Origin: Phoronis australis
Taxonomy: Eukaryota > Animalia > Phoronida
NCBI GenBank assembly: GCA_002633005.1
Contig: NMRA01000573.1
Location: 189,316-253,315, forward strand
Length of the DNA: 64,000 nt
Reading direction: 5' to 3'
Both the position numbers and the translations under genes were made by a program. Below, in pieces: positions 11,301 through 18,920 of this stretch. How positions within the stretch are numbered: the first letter of the stretch is position 1; every line of letters starts with the position of its first letter. The notes under the pieces were generated by a model. It saw only the letters and a list, made by a program, of their open reading frames with translations, ran no database searches and was not told the origin of the DNA.

Positions 11301-12531
11301 GAAGACTGCCGCTTCAACAATGAGAACTCAACTGAAAACGTCAATAAAAAGTTTGAAATTTATGCTTAAGTTAAGTTCACGTTCCCTTAAGGAGCATACA
11401 ATAAAGCTTGGAAGCCTCATGTTAAAAGGAGGCAAGCGCATGAGAGCGATCGCAACTAAGTCTGGCAAGGCACCTGGTCCGTCTAAATTCAACAATTTCC
11501 CAGAATTATTCAGTAACGTGAGGAAATCTGTTATAGACAAGATACAATCTATTGGCAAAAACTTTAAGAGCAAGTTAAAACGGAAACTAGACGACTTGTC
11601 AAACAAAGCAGAAGATGCTATTAATAGGTCGAAACACCACAAAGTTCGTAACATGAAGCTCATGTGCAGAAGGGTTCGTAGAGCACTGGTGCCGAACAGC
11701 CCTTGTAAAAATATAAAAGGGTTGAACGGTGCTACACTTGAACAAACCACAGCTGCTCTGTCGGACGCTAAACGTTATCGTGAGCTTCCAGCCCCCCCTG
11801 AAGAAATACTCCAAGACTTTAGATCTCTTTCTGTCAAGGCAAACTTGAATGATGAGAAATTAACAGGTCAGTTTGGTGCGTTAGCCATCAAGCAAAACGG
11901 GGAGTTAAGACACGTGCAACTGCAAACGATTTCCGAAATAATTGACAAGAGAAAACAAGCACCGTCCGATCCTCAATATAAACCTATAAAAGTGGCCCAA
12001 GACGTGGAACCTGATGGACAGGAGCTTCCTTCAAAGGACGTTCGTCACGTGGAACAGAGTTTAATGGAAAATCTGGACATGAGACAACTGGAAAAGTGTT
12101 CCGAAAAGAGTCCTTGCTCTATATATCTTTTTACCAAGAATTCTCCATGCTCAAGTCACGCGATGGGGCCCGAAACGTTAAGCTGTATACAGTACATTGG
12201 AGGTCGGTGCAAGAAGTTGAAACATGTACGTTGTATTGTTGGGTTTGATAAGATTTACACGCATCTGGATTACCTGCATGACAACTCTTGGCGGGAATTT
12301 TTTCGTCGAGTTGTCTCTAAACAGGAAGTTGGAAATTTGTTTAAAAAGAGCAAGTGGATTAAACAAGCGGATGTCGACCTAATTAAAGACATTACTAAAA
12401 ATGTAGACTACGACAAGTTCAAAGACTCTGATGCACTACGTAGAGAAGTGAACAAAAAACTTTCGGAAGAAGCGGAATTGGCTAGAATGTTAGATTTGAA
12501 TAAACAAAATACAGATATTTATCGGCTGTAA
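5356..12531 (+). CDS. Giant secreted or membrane-tethered multi-ricin-B-lectin protein with C-terminal AID/APOBEC-like (SNAD-type) deaminase; candidate animal AB toxin, copy 1
   Basis: Uninterrupted 2391-aa ORF. Hydrophobic N-terminal signal (FALLWALLLIL). Furin RxK/RR sites at aa 109-112, 266-269, 299-302 and 365-368. About 11 repeats of F/YxIxxxxxPCxxL...QxW...IxN...QxW (beta-trefoil QxW signature), aa ~380-1850. Hydrophobic segment VIGYIPIFGWLY...LLSGGTASALAYG. Loop C2104-RRVRR-C2117. Deaminase motifs H2231-V-E2233 and IYLFTKNSP-C2265-x11-C2277. A splice acceptor (ttgtttttctgcattacag) ends at 5343, 12 nt before the ATG. Confidence 0.9.
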   Translation: MQQRGRIQRFALLWALLLILQQFDVVLLMNVAQLSGHRTIKNEQPRWKQSSRDLPSVPNVFQNPKRSGEGEAHDVATTLQKSATTELFKGNATEGVEELKFSPRAQAKRDKRSIGEDINRVIEAIKTSVETMDNRDTFARNVSTWLRSCHSHRDQNIHFWRKHVALYPFFLVTLSIALYVRGCREELKNHLQELLDILDANDVIDFVEDFNILRVKDLMSGSSERDFMHDADTPEAMINAESEEIVVENFKNIKQLSEIFDDFNGRSRRSHYGLQPALDDIITQYEVLKSMYSHEENDRTKRNTGNRKPENSLTIDREVLAKILDKRFVQDSDHILSSSITRHAFKSINDRLYSQILPQTNPLHRQRRAADMDDETARPFFIKNSAFPCKLLTAKMSGGQYVMSMESYSEEALQLWVWENGHLRNFGNKLYANLESQLLSDSAPRTLLRKLNDWLAVDGRENSGCYVEVKVAGFSVELRKNCQGTSQKWHFVQIEKARESFDSVVCLFVIQNRDSCLVLEHRQEHLRSRPVPRQVHTQQLWYWDHHRIRNAYSHMYLASNGSEMFLTDSKQQAWSYKEWPVDDVTKVTFPGISHATSQANDNIAKGDWDLTDAGDDEKMRCGRKHYYVLKNTEKPCNVLCVEETDNGPYLSVPASVGILSFMVVTVFALSVAGVYHQRQGKQTPAKLFFIAAAAVGLVTSVCVTCAAVVRKVVKLIKFDYFDPENPLNCLWYSQKEKLVNVRHGSDLNTNSSEVELTMNQGMLKQLGKENCYLHVAGEQSISCQNEPTNSSWGLVDYDDNEFSAKIFCLYVLPQNKPRCEDMRRYRQTTSGHGVAHDKQTDDDHDVLEQKLWYFHGDNLVNLDSGDVFNGSVSEQSPINFINYTQNCSTSLSLFFIQTKAANRRILGFDRSEGNVSFQTYNDDNVLDKLWYIKGSHIFNYATGYKLMFNVSSTNRTVFLTHRAQSDEMEWYAKDNRITVATVNETFSIMAETVNSENRLVAKNALSNIGQANAHWTFVPFHDLREYIHELMIFYFIQSHDEPCEVLTADNSTEMVFTAPVSDTKLYSQLWFTYKGEILNVGNGLSLSYGAHISEQVKLVSNDQTTFGTKWTIHGSTIQPTLLSDKVLSINTNTGLVEIKNNSYLATQKWKMLEFSQAIDQPESLACFKYDLNDSVFIKHESIPCKVLTASDDGLSITFQEFEESIVARQLWYFKYGHLVNVEFGRSMKVNDEAVSLVETRKYDSQQYLNRNGTSVVKALNGRTICSMWPAKSDDGSSLTCKNNKFSAMKWSFVQLDDGLHDIGSIRCLILIQSQVTPCEFITGYVSDEKYGTLKLRPMIDDLVDTQIFYWRNYSLVHLKSSLVVSESPGALTLQQSSHSRSKFVYEPFLHHIIFANSNKAVAFNPNNDGVLVKEDIRYISKQKWSFIELNDAMHEKVENCPERSQPSRYFFIKHRDQPCLVLTGANQGESPEFKIFNQDNFYDQVWYVHNNQIVNAGKDLAIMLGDVLNENSRQVIMWHRYAYSLRQRFILTTTQSSSIQSQMDMSCYLSSDDFGTGSTANAVCRGKGSSNWNFVDINDDYIQKVTCRFFIQSEEVPPCELLTGQGIDRQVRLRPLDTDDVESQLWYWDGDRILNAKTKMAISDYGNTITLRRKDESLTQTWLYENTRVKSRTNPNQVITFSHDSGSVYLSPLSRWNHVLKYQSWIFLREKDGFDNPDRLRCISSNSNPDMYIIRSEHKECPLLKHVGNDRPGVRKLQKNVDAGVLWVVQNDHLINVEAKKSLMATRTSTLQFENTYTHEPRQHWEMDNDRIKSWLHGPQFLEVSGSSVKLASHQETTKQEWQWFTLKEYENDNKLMRCSRCYNKQEETASEVIGYIPIFGWLYNLFRSVAYAAKQCPDVALTAFMDFGLDIAFDLVSLLSGGTASALAYGLKTGLKFGIKAGLKATFHAVKGMVKMSIVAAKNGFKNLAKNGLRQTLKFKLKTAASTMRTQLKTSIKSLKFMLKLSSRSLKEHTIKLGSLMLKGGKRMRAIATKSGKAPGPSKFNNFPELFSNVRKSVIDKIQSIGKNFKSKLKRKLDDLSNKAEDAINRSKHHKVRNMKLMCRRVRRALVPNSPCKNIKGLNGATLEQTTAALSDAKRYRELPAPPEEILQDFRSLSVKANLNDEKLTGQFGALAIKQNGELRHVQLQTISEIIDKRKQAPSDPQYKPIKVAQDVEPDGQELPSKDVRHVEQSLMENLDMRQLEKCSEKSPCSIYLFTKNSPCSSHAMGPETLSCIQYIGGRCKKLKHVRCIVGFDKIYTHLDYLHDNSWREFFRRVVSKQEVGNLFKKSKWIKQADVDLIKDITKNVDYDKFKDSDALRREVNKKLSEEAELARMLDLNKQNTDIYRL
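6493..10900 (+). other. Array of about 11 ricin-B-type (beta-trefoil) lectin-like modules within the giant ORF
   Basis: Module starts: FFIKN..PC, FVIQN..C, YVLKN..PC, YVLPQ..RC, FFIQT, YFIQS..PC, VFIKH..PC, LIQS..PC, FFIKH..PC, FFIQS..PC, YIIRS..EC. Each is followed by QLW/KLW-type and QKW-type motifs. Confidence 0.85.
11683..12531 (+). other. Zinc-dependent cytidine-deaminase-superfamily domain (AID/APOBEC/SNAD-like), predicted to be released by furin
   Basis: QFGALAI strand, RHVEQ, CSIYLFTKNSPC-x11-C, CIVGFDKIY and terminal DIYRL match the HxE/PCxnC deaminase fold. From memory they also resemble SNAD-type motifs (QYAxAI, CxxFYTxNSPC, FxKIY, PLYRC). Confidence 0.8.
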
Positions 12532-14217
12532 ACATACAGTGATTGGACTATAGTGTTCTTGAAAACAGAAAGGGAACGTGTAGACGAAGTGGGATGTTGA
12601 AGATTTGCATTTTCCCGCTTTTCCCCGAACTTGGATGATAAACTTCTGAAAGCCAATGATATCGACGCATATTCGTGTGGGCTGTTGAAACCACGTACAA
12701 CCAGGTCTTTTAGAAAAGCATCACGCGCCTGTTTTGCCTCGTCAACCCATTCTGCGCCCTATTATTCTGAATTTTAGAAGTATCTTGGATTTTATCTCTT
12801 TTACACGATGACCTATTTTTCGTCTACACTCCTGCTTTCTTTTTGAAATGGGGGGACCTTTTGAAGTTATAACTACAAATTATAAAGTGTGTTGTGTTTT
12901 GTGACTTTATTTCAAATGTAAAGTCTTGTCGTTGTGTCAGTCATTCGCTGAAATGAAGGCCGTTGAAGTTACCAAATTAATAGGCTTAACATACGATGTC
13001 ACTGATCGTGTGGGATGTACATGTACCTAGTTCAGATTCGAAACCACTCTTGGGCTGTTATTCATTTTTGTCACCGATATTGTCACCTTGACAACCACCG
13101 TCGAAGCAATGTCAGAAACCTGGCGAAATGTAATATAAGAAACAACGGGAGATTATAGGGAAATCATGAATTCAACAACGTTTGCGATATCCACTTTAAT
13201 TGACAATATCGGGAAATGCCTACGGTTAAATAGTATGTGGGATGATAATTGGAAATTACAACTTCTGACTCGCATCTAAATATTTGCTTTGTGTTATTTA
13301 GTGATTAATGTTTATATCGGTACCTGCATTGTTCTGATGTGACGAACGCCTACGACGAAATCGTTACTGTACTGCGCTAGGCCGCACCACGTAGCCTACA
13401 GCTATTTTATAGGCTACTTATAACTTGTGGAAATCATAGACTATAATCTATGGTGGAAACAAATGTGAAGATATCCGGAACATGGTGGTATGGGTTTTCT
13501 GTTTTCAGGTTTTGGAAGGTGACTCAATTACTTGTGTTGATGAAACAGTGACTGTCAGACTCTGTGACAATGTTATTCCCTACATGATTGTTTTAAGTCC
13601 ACATAGCAAATTATGCCCTTTGAAAATTGAACTTTTATTAACTCTGAATTTTACCATAAAACTAAATAAGTTGATTTATTTTAGATGTGCTTGATTGTAG
13701 GCCCACTTGGGTATACCTAACACTGATATTCTTCTTTTTGTAACGTCTCTTTGTAAAGTAAACTTCTGTAACTTCAGACTGATATAGTCTGTCAAGTAAC
13801 GGCACAATGGTGTTCACTCTCTTTACTCGAGGTCGTGGTTTCGAGTCCCACTGGATCACACTGCTAGACCTTTGGCTCAGGTCTCTAGCTCCTCAGCTCT
13901 GTTTTAACTATTTATTAAAAAAGCATAAAAATGGTTCCAGGTGATCACTGCAATGGGCCCACAAGCACGACCTGCACACGTCTGCTACAACGTGTATCAG
14001 ACCGCCTGCAATTATTTTTTTTAAACGACACAATGTTTATTTTGATGTACTCTTGTTAATAAATATTTTACTTTTTTACTATTAAATCGTATTATTCATC
14101 GGTCATCACCGTCACAAACAGGTTACTACTATTGTCGAGCAAAATTTAATTTAAACATATTCTTTGTTCATTATAGGTCTAGGATGCATTTGACTAGGCG
14201 ATTTTTATTCTGCGATT

Positions 14218-14277
14218 TTTATGGAATAAACTATTCGTTGACTCTTAAAAGAGTCAACGAATAGTTTATTCCATAAA
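14218..14277. repeat. Perfect 29-bp-stem hairpin with 2-nt loop; imperfect counterpart at about 19178-19236
   Basis: tttatggaataaactattcgttgactctt-aa-aagagtcaacgaatagtttattccataaa. Confidence 0.9.
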
Positions 14278-14741
14278 GCAGCGTGGGTCGCATCGCAGCC
14301 CCAGATATCCTTCCGCTCAGTGAATCGCCCTGGCCAATAATAGACTTATTCTGTTCTTGCGTACGTTTTCAGTAGTCTTTGCAGTCTCGTGAATCCATGC
14401 AATCGAACAATTCATTATGCAGGCCTACATTAGCATGAAATATGTAATCAAACAGTGAACGACATTGAAATGCCTGTTACAAATTTCTATTGACAAACAA
14501 GGTGTAGACATCAAATTTTTTAAAATAGTGACAACAAAATCCGGAGATTTTAAATATGGTGTGAAATGCTCACAACTCGTGGAAAAATAACGCAAACTTC
14601 AGTGAAAGCATATTGAACAACAAAACTCAACTCAGTGACATCGTCGTAAGCGGCGGAGTAGTTTTTTTCGCTGTTTTGAAATTACCGCCACTGACGTACC
14701 CGTTCACTGCGCCCCACTTGACAGCAGTCATTACTGAGATA

Positions 14742-14742
14742 N
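14742..14742. other. Single-N assembly gap or contig join
   Basis: An 'n' at 14742. Sequence after it restarts at the equivalent of 9751; sequence before it matches the region ending near 19710. Confidence 0.95.
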
Positions 14743-17541
14743 AATCAGGGTGAATCACCAGAATTCAAAATATTCAACCAGGACAATTTCTATGACCAAG
14801 TGTGGTACGTTCATAACAATCAGATTGTAAATGCAGGCAAAGATCTTGCCATAATGTTGGGTGATGTTCTTAATGAAAACTCGCGCCAAGTGATAATGTG
14901 GCACAGGTACGCCTATTCATTACGTCAGCGTTTTATTTTAACGACCACTCAGTCATCGTCGATTCAGAGCCAAATGGATATGAGCTGCTATCTTTCTAGC
15001 GACGATTTTGGCACAGGGTCGACCGCTAATGCTGTTTGCAGGGGAAAAGGTTCTTCAAACTGGAATTTCGTGGACATAAACGATGATTACATTCAAAAAG
15101 TAACATGTAGATTCTTCATTCAGTCAGAGGAGGTGCCGCCATGTGAACTATTGACTGGGCAAGGAATAGACAGGCAAGTTCGTCTCCGGCCTCTTGATAC
15201 TGACGATGTGGAAAGTCAGTTGTGGTATTGGGATGGTGATCGAATTTTGAACGCGAAAACTAAGATGGCAATTTCAGATTACGGCAATACAATCACTCTC
15301 CGACGTAAGGACGAATCCTTGACACAAACGTGGTTGTATGAGAATACAAGAGTTAAATCCAGAACTAATCCAAACCAGGTAATAACGTTCTCTCATGATT
15401 CTGGCGGTGTCTATTTATCCCCTCTGTCTAGATGGAACCACGTTCTTAAATACCAGAGTTGGATTTTTTTGAGAGAAAAGGATGGCTTTGACAATCCAGA
15501 TCGGCTTCGCTGTATTTCGCCGAATTCGAACCCAGATATGTATATTATAAGAAGCGAGCATAAGGAGTGTCCCTTACTAAAACATGTGGGAAACGATCGT
15601 CCAGGTGTTCGAAAACTACAAAAGAACGTTGATGCCGGAGTACTTTGGGTTGTTCAAAATGACCATCTTATCAACGTGGAGGCAAAGAAGAGTTTGATGG
15701 CCACTCGTACATCGACATTACAATTTGAGAACACGTACACTCACGAGCCTCGCCAACATTGGGAAATGGACAACGATAGAATAAAAAGTTGGCTCTATGG
15801 TCCACAATTCCTTGAAGTTTCTGGCAGTTCTGTAAAGCTGGCCAGTCACCAGGAGACAACGAAACAAGAATGGCAATGGTTCACATTGAAGGAATATGAA
15901 AACGACAATAAGTTGATGCGCTGCTCGAGGTGTTATAACAAGCAGGAAGAAACAGCGTCAGAGGTAATAGGATATATTCCTATTTTCGGTTGGCTATATA
16001 ATCTGTTTCGGTCCGTTGCCTACGCTGCCAAACAATGCCCTGATGTAGCTTTAACGGCATTGATAGATTTCGGTCTGGATATTGCCTTTGACCTTGTATC
16101 ATTACTTAGCGGCGGTACGGCTTCTGCTTTGGCGTATGGTTTAAAAACTGGACTGAAATTCGGAATAAAGGCAGGGTTGAAGGCAACCTTTCATGCTGTG
16201 AAAGGAATGGTAAAAATGTCAATTGTAGCTGCAAAGAACGGCTTTAAGAACTTAGCGAAAAACGGATTGAGGCAAACTTTAAAATTTAAACTGAAGACTG
16301 CCGCTTCGACTATGCGAACCCAACTGAAAACATCAATCAAGGGTTTGAAGATTACGCTCACATCGAGTTCACGTTCCCTTAAGGCGCATATGATAAAGCT
16401 CGGGCGCCTCATGTTAAAAGGAAGCACGCGCATAAAAGCAACTAAGTCTGGCAAGGCACTCTCTGGTCTGTCCAAATTCAATAATTTCCCAGAACTATTC
16501 AGAAATGTGAGGAAATTTGTTATTGACAAAATACAATCTATCAGCAAAAACTTGAAGAGCAAAATAAATCGGAAACTGGACGACTTGTCAAACAAAGCAG
16601 AAGATGCTATTAATAGGTCAAAACATCACAAAGTTCGTAACACGAAGCTGATGTGCAGAAGGTTTCGCAGAACACTGTTGCCGCCGTCCGGCCTTTGTGA
16701 AAATGAAAGAGAGTTGCACGCCGCTAGCGTTGACCAAGCCATTGATGCTCTGTCGCACGCAAGACTTTATCGTACGCAAGGAAAAGTGGACATTGCCGCC
16801 CCTGAAAACATACGCAAAGACTTTAAATCTCTCTCTGACCAGGCAAAATTGAATGATCCGGAATTAAAAGTTCAGTTCGGTGCGATAGCCATCAAGCAAA
16901 ACGGGGAATTAAGAGACGTGCAGCGAAAAACGATTTCCGAAATAATCTACATGAGAACACAAAAACCGCCCGATCCGAACTCTATACCTATAAGAGAGAC
17001 ACAAGACGTGCCAGTTGCTGGGAGGAAACACGTTTTAAAGGACGTTCGTCACGTGGAACAGAGTTTGATGGAAAACCTGGACATGAAAAAAAAACTGGAA
17101 ACGTGTACCGAAAAAAGTCCTTGTACCATGTATATTTTTACCAAGAATTCTCCATGCTCTAGCCACGCGATGGGGCCCAAAACGCTAAGCTGTATAAAGT
17201 ACATTGGAGGTCAGTGCAAGAACTTGAAACATGTACGTTGTGTTGTTGGGTTTGATCAGATTTACACGCCTCTGGATTACCTGCATGACGAATCTTGGAA
17301 GAAATATTTTGATCGAGTTTTCTTTAACCAGGAAATTGAAGATTTGTTTAGCAACCACGAGTGGATTAAGCAAGAGGATGTCGACCTAGTTCAACAAATT
17401 ACTAAAGATGTCTACAGCCGCACCAGCCCGAAAGACGCTGACGCACTACGTCGCGAAGTGAACAAACAACTTACGGAAGAAATGCAATTGACTAGAATGT
17501 TAGAATTGCGTGAACAAAATACAGATATTTATTGGCTGTAA
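14743..17541 (+). CDS. Second version (allele or paralogue; 5' part missing at the gap) of the lectin-deaminase toxin-like gene, with a divergent deaminase tip
   Basis: The frame is open from the gap (14743 corresponds to 9751, aa 1466 of copy 1), so the GTG start at 14800 is not a real start. About 5 aa differences over ~530 aa, then strong divergence. Retains C-RRFRR-x8-C (16654-16698), HVE (17050) and SPC-x11-C (17155, 17191). Confidence 0.88.
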   Translation, partial: NQGESPEFKIFNQDNFYDQVWYVHNNQIVNAGKDLAIMLGDVLNENSRQVIMWHRYAYSLRQRFILTTTQSSSIQSQMDMSCYLSSDDFGTGSTANAVCRGKGSSNWNFVDINDDYIQKVTCRFFIQSEEVPPCELLTGQGIDRQVRLRPLDTDDVESQLWYWDGDRILNAKTKMAISDYGNTITLRRKDESLTQTWLYENTRVKSRTNPNQVITFSHDSGGVYLSPLSRWNHVLKYQSWIFLREKDGFDNPDRLRCISPNSNPDMYIIRSEHKECPLLKHVGNDRPGVRKLQKNVDAGVLWVVQNDHLINVEAKKSLMATRTSTLQFENTYTHEPRQHWEMDNDRIKSWLYGPQFLEVSGSSVKLASHQETTKQEWQWFTLKEYENDNKLMRCSRCYNKQEETASEVIGYIPIFGWLYNLFRSVAYAAKQCPDVALTALIDFGLDIAFDLVSLLSGGTASALAYGLKTGLKFGIKAGLKATFHAVKGMVKMSIVAAKNGFKNLAKNGLRQTLKFKLKTAASTMRTQLKTSIKGLKITLTSSSRSLKAHMIKLGRLMLKGSTRIKATKSGKALSGLSKFNNFPELFRNVRKFVIDKIQSISKNLKSKINRKLDDLSNKAEDAINRSKHHKVRNTKLMCRRFRRTLLPPSGLCENERELHAASVDQAIDALSHARLYRTQGKVDIAAPENIRKDFKSLSDQAKLNDPELKVQFGAIAIKQNGELRDVQRKTISEIIYMRTQKPPDPNSIPIRETQDVPVAGRKHVLKDVRHVEQSLMENLDMKKKLETCTEKSPCTMYIFTKNSPCSSHAMGPKTLSCIKYIGGQCKNLKHVRCVVGFDQIYTPLDYLHDESWKKYFDRVFFNQEIEDLFSNHEWIKQEDVDLVQQITKDVYSRTSPKDADALRREVNKQLTEEMQLTRMLELREQNTDIYWL

Positions 17542-18744
17542 ACATACACTGATTGGACCATAGTATTTTTGAAAACAGGAGGGGAACGTCGAGACGAACT
17601 GGGACGTTGAAGAATTGCATTTTCCCGCTCTTCCTCGAACTTGGAATAAAACGGGATGGTAAAATTCTGAAAGCCAACGATATCGACGGGCTGTTGAAAC
17701 CACGTGCAACTAGGTCTTTTAGAAAAGCGTCAGCCCATTCTCCGCCCCATTATTCCTTAAATTCTTTGAATTTCCAAAGTATCTTGCTTTTTATCTCTTT
17801 TATACGATGATCTATTTTTCGTTTACAAACTGCACTCTTATTTTCTTTTTGAAATGGGTGAACCTTTTGAAGTTATAGCAACAAAACATAAAGTCTGTTG
17901 CGTTTTGTGACTTCATTTCATATTAAAATTCTTGTCGTTTTGTGTCAGCCATTCGCTGAAATCAAGGCCGTTGAAGTTACCAATATTAATAGGCTTAAAC
18001 ATACGATGTCACTGATCATGTAGAGTGTACATGTACGTAGTTCAGATTCGAAACCACACTTGGGCCGTTATTCATTTTTGTCACCGATCATTGCCACTTC
18101 GACTACCACCAACGAGACGGTATCAGAAACCTGGCGAAGTGTAATATAAGAAAACCGGGGATTATGGGGAAATCATGAATTCAACAACGTATGCAATATC
18201 CACTTGAATTGACAATATCGGGAAATGCCTACGGTTAAATTGCATATAGGCTGATAATAGGAAATTACAACCTCTGACTGGCATCTAAAAGTTTGCTTTG
18301 TGTTATTTAGTGATTGTTTGTATTGGTACCTGTAGTATTCTGACGTGAAGAACGCCGTTCCACCTAGCTCTGCAACTATTTTATAGGGTAGTTATAACCT
18401 GTGGAAACAAATGTGATGATATCCGGGACATGGTGGTATGGCATTTCTATTTTCAGGTTTTGAAAGGTGACGCGATTACTTGTGTTGACTCTGTGACAAT
18501 GTTATTGACTACATGATTGTTTTAAGTCCCCATAACAAATTATGCACTTTAAACTCTAAACTTTTATAAACTCTGAATTTTAGCATAGAATTAAATTATT
18601 TAATTTATTTTAGATGTGCTTGATTGTAAGCCCACTTAGGTATACATGACACTGATATTCTTCTTTTTATAACTTGTGTTTTGTAAAATAAACTTCTGTG
18701 ACTTCAGACTGATATAGTCTGTCAAGTAACGACACAATGAGGAG

Positions 18745-18920
18745 GAGGCAGTGTGGCTCAGTGTGACAGGTGTCCACTCTCTTTACTCGAGGTCGTGGTT
18801 TCGAGTCCCACTGGATCATACTGCTACACCCTTGGCTCAGGTTTCTAGCTCCTCAGCTCTGTTTTAACTATTTATTAATAAAGCATAAAAATGGTTCCAG
18901 GTGATCACTGCAATGGGCCC
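18745..18920 (+). mobile_element. tRNA-derived SINE-like element; the counterpart at about 13808-13965 lacks the A-box head
   Basis: A-box-like TGGCTCAGTG and B-box-like GTTTCGAGTCC. Similar heads occur near 30940 and 63910. Confidence 0.55.

Noticed and set aside
12514-12531. C-terminal TDIYRL/TDIYWL as an ER-retrieval or peroxisomal signal
   Set aside because: It fits neither KDEL-type nor PTS1 consensus; more likely the last strand of the deaminase fold.
14800-14802. GTG start of the 913-aa ORF as an orphan toxin cassette
   Set aside because: The frame is open back to the N at 14742, so the truncation is an assembly effect and not evidence of a natural orphan module.
5356-17541. Bacterial contamination as the explanation for the intronless toxin-like ORFs
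   Set aside because: Upstream splice acceptor, furin sites, long non-coding flanks with SINE/MITE elements, and gap-free continuity of copy 2 into spliced genes.
17553-17810. 85-aa ORF after the tip as a possible immunity gene
   Set aside because: It has a non-ATG start, and the equivalent frame after copy 1 stops early and contains indels; more likely 3'UTR.
18745-18820. Possible tRNA gene
   Set aside because: A/B-box-like motifs are present but I cannot fold a convincing cloverleaf, and it continues into a SINE-like body.
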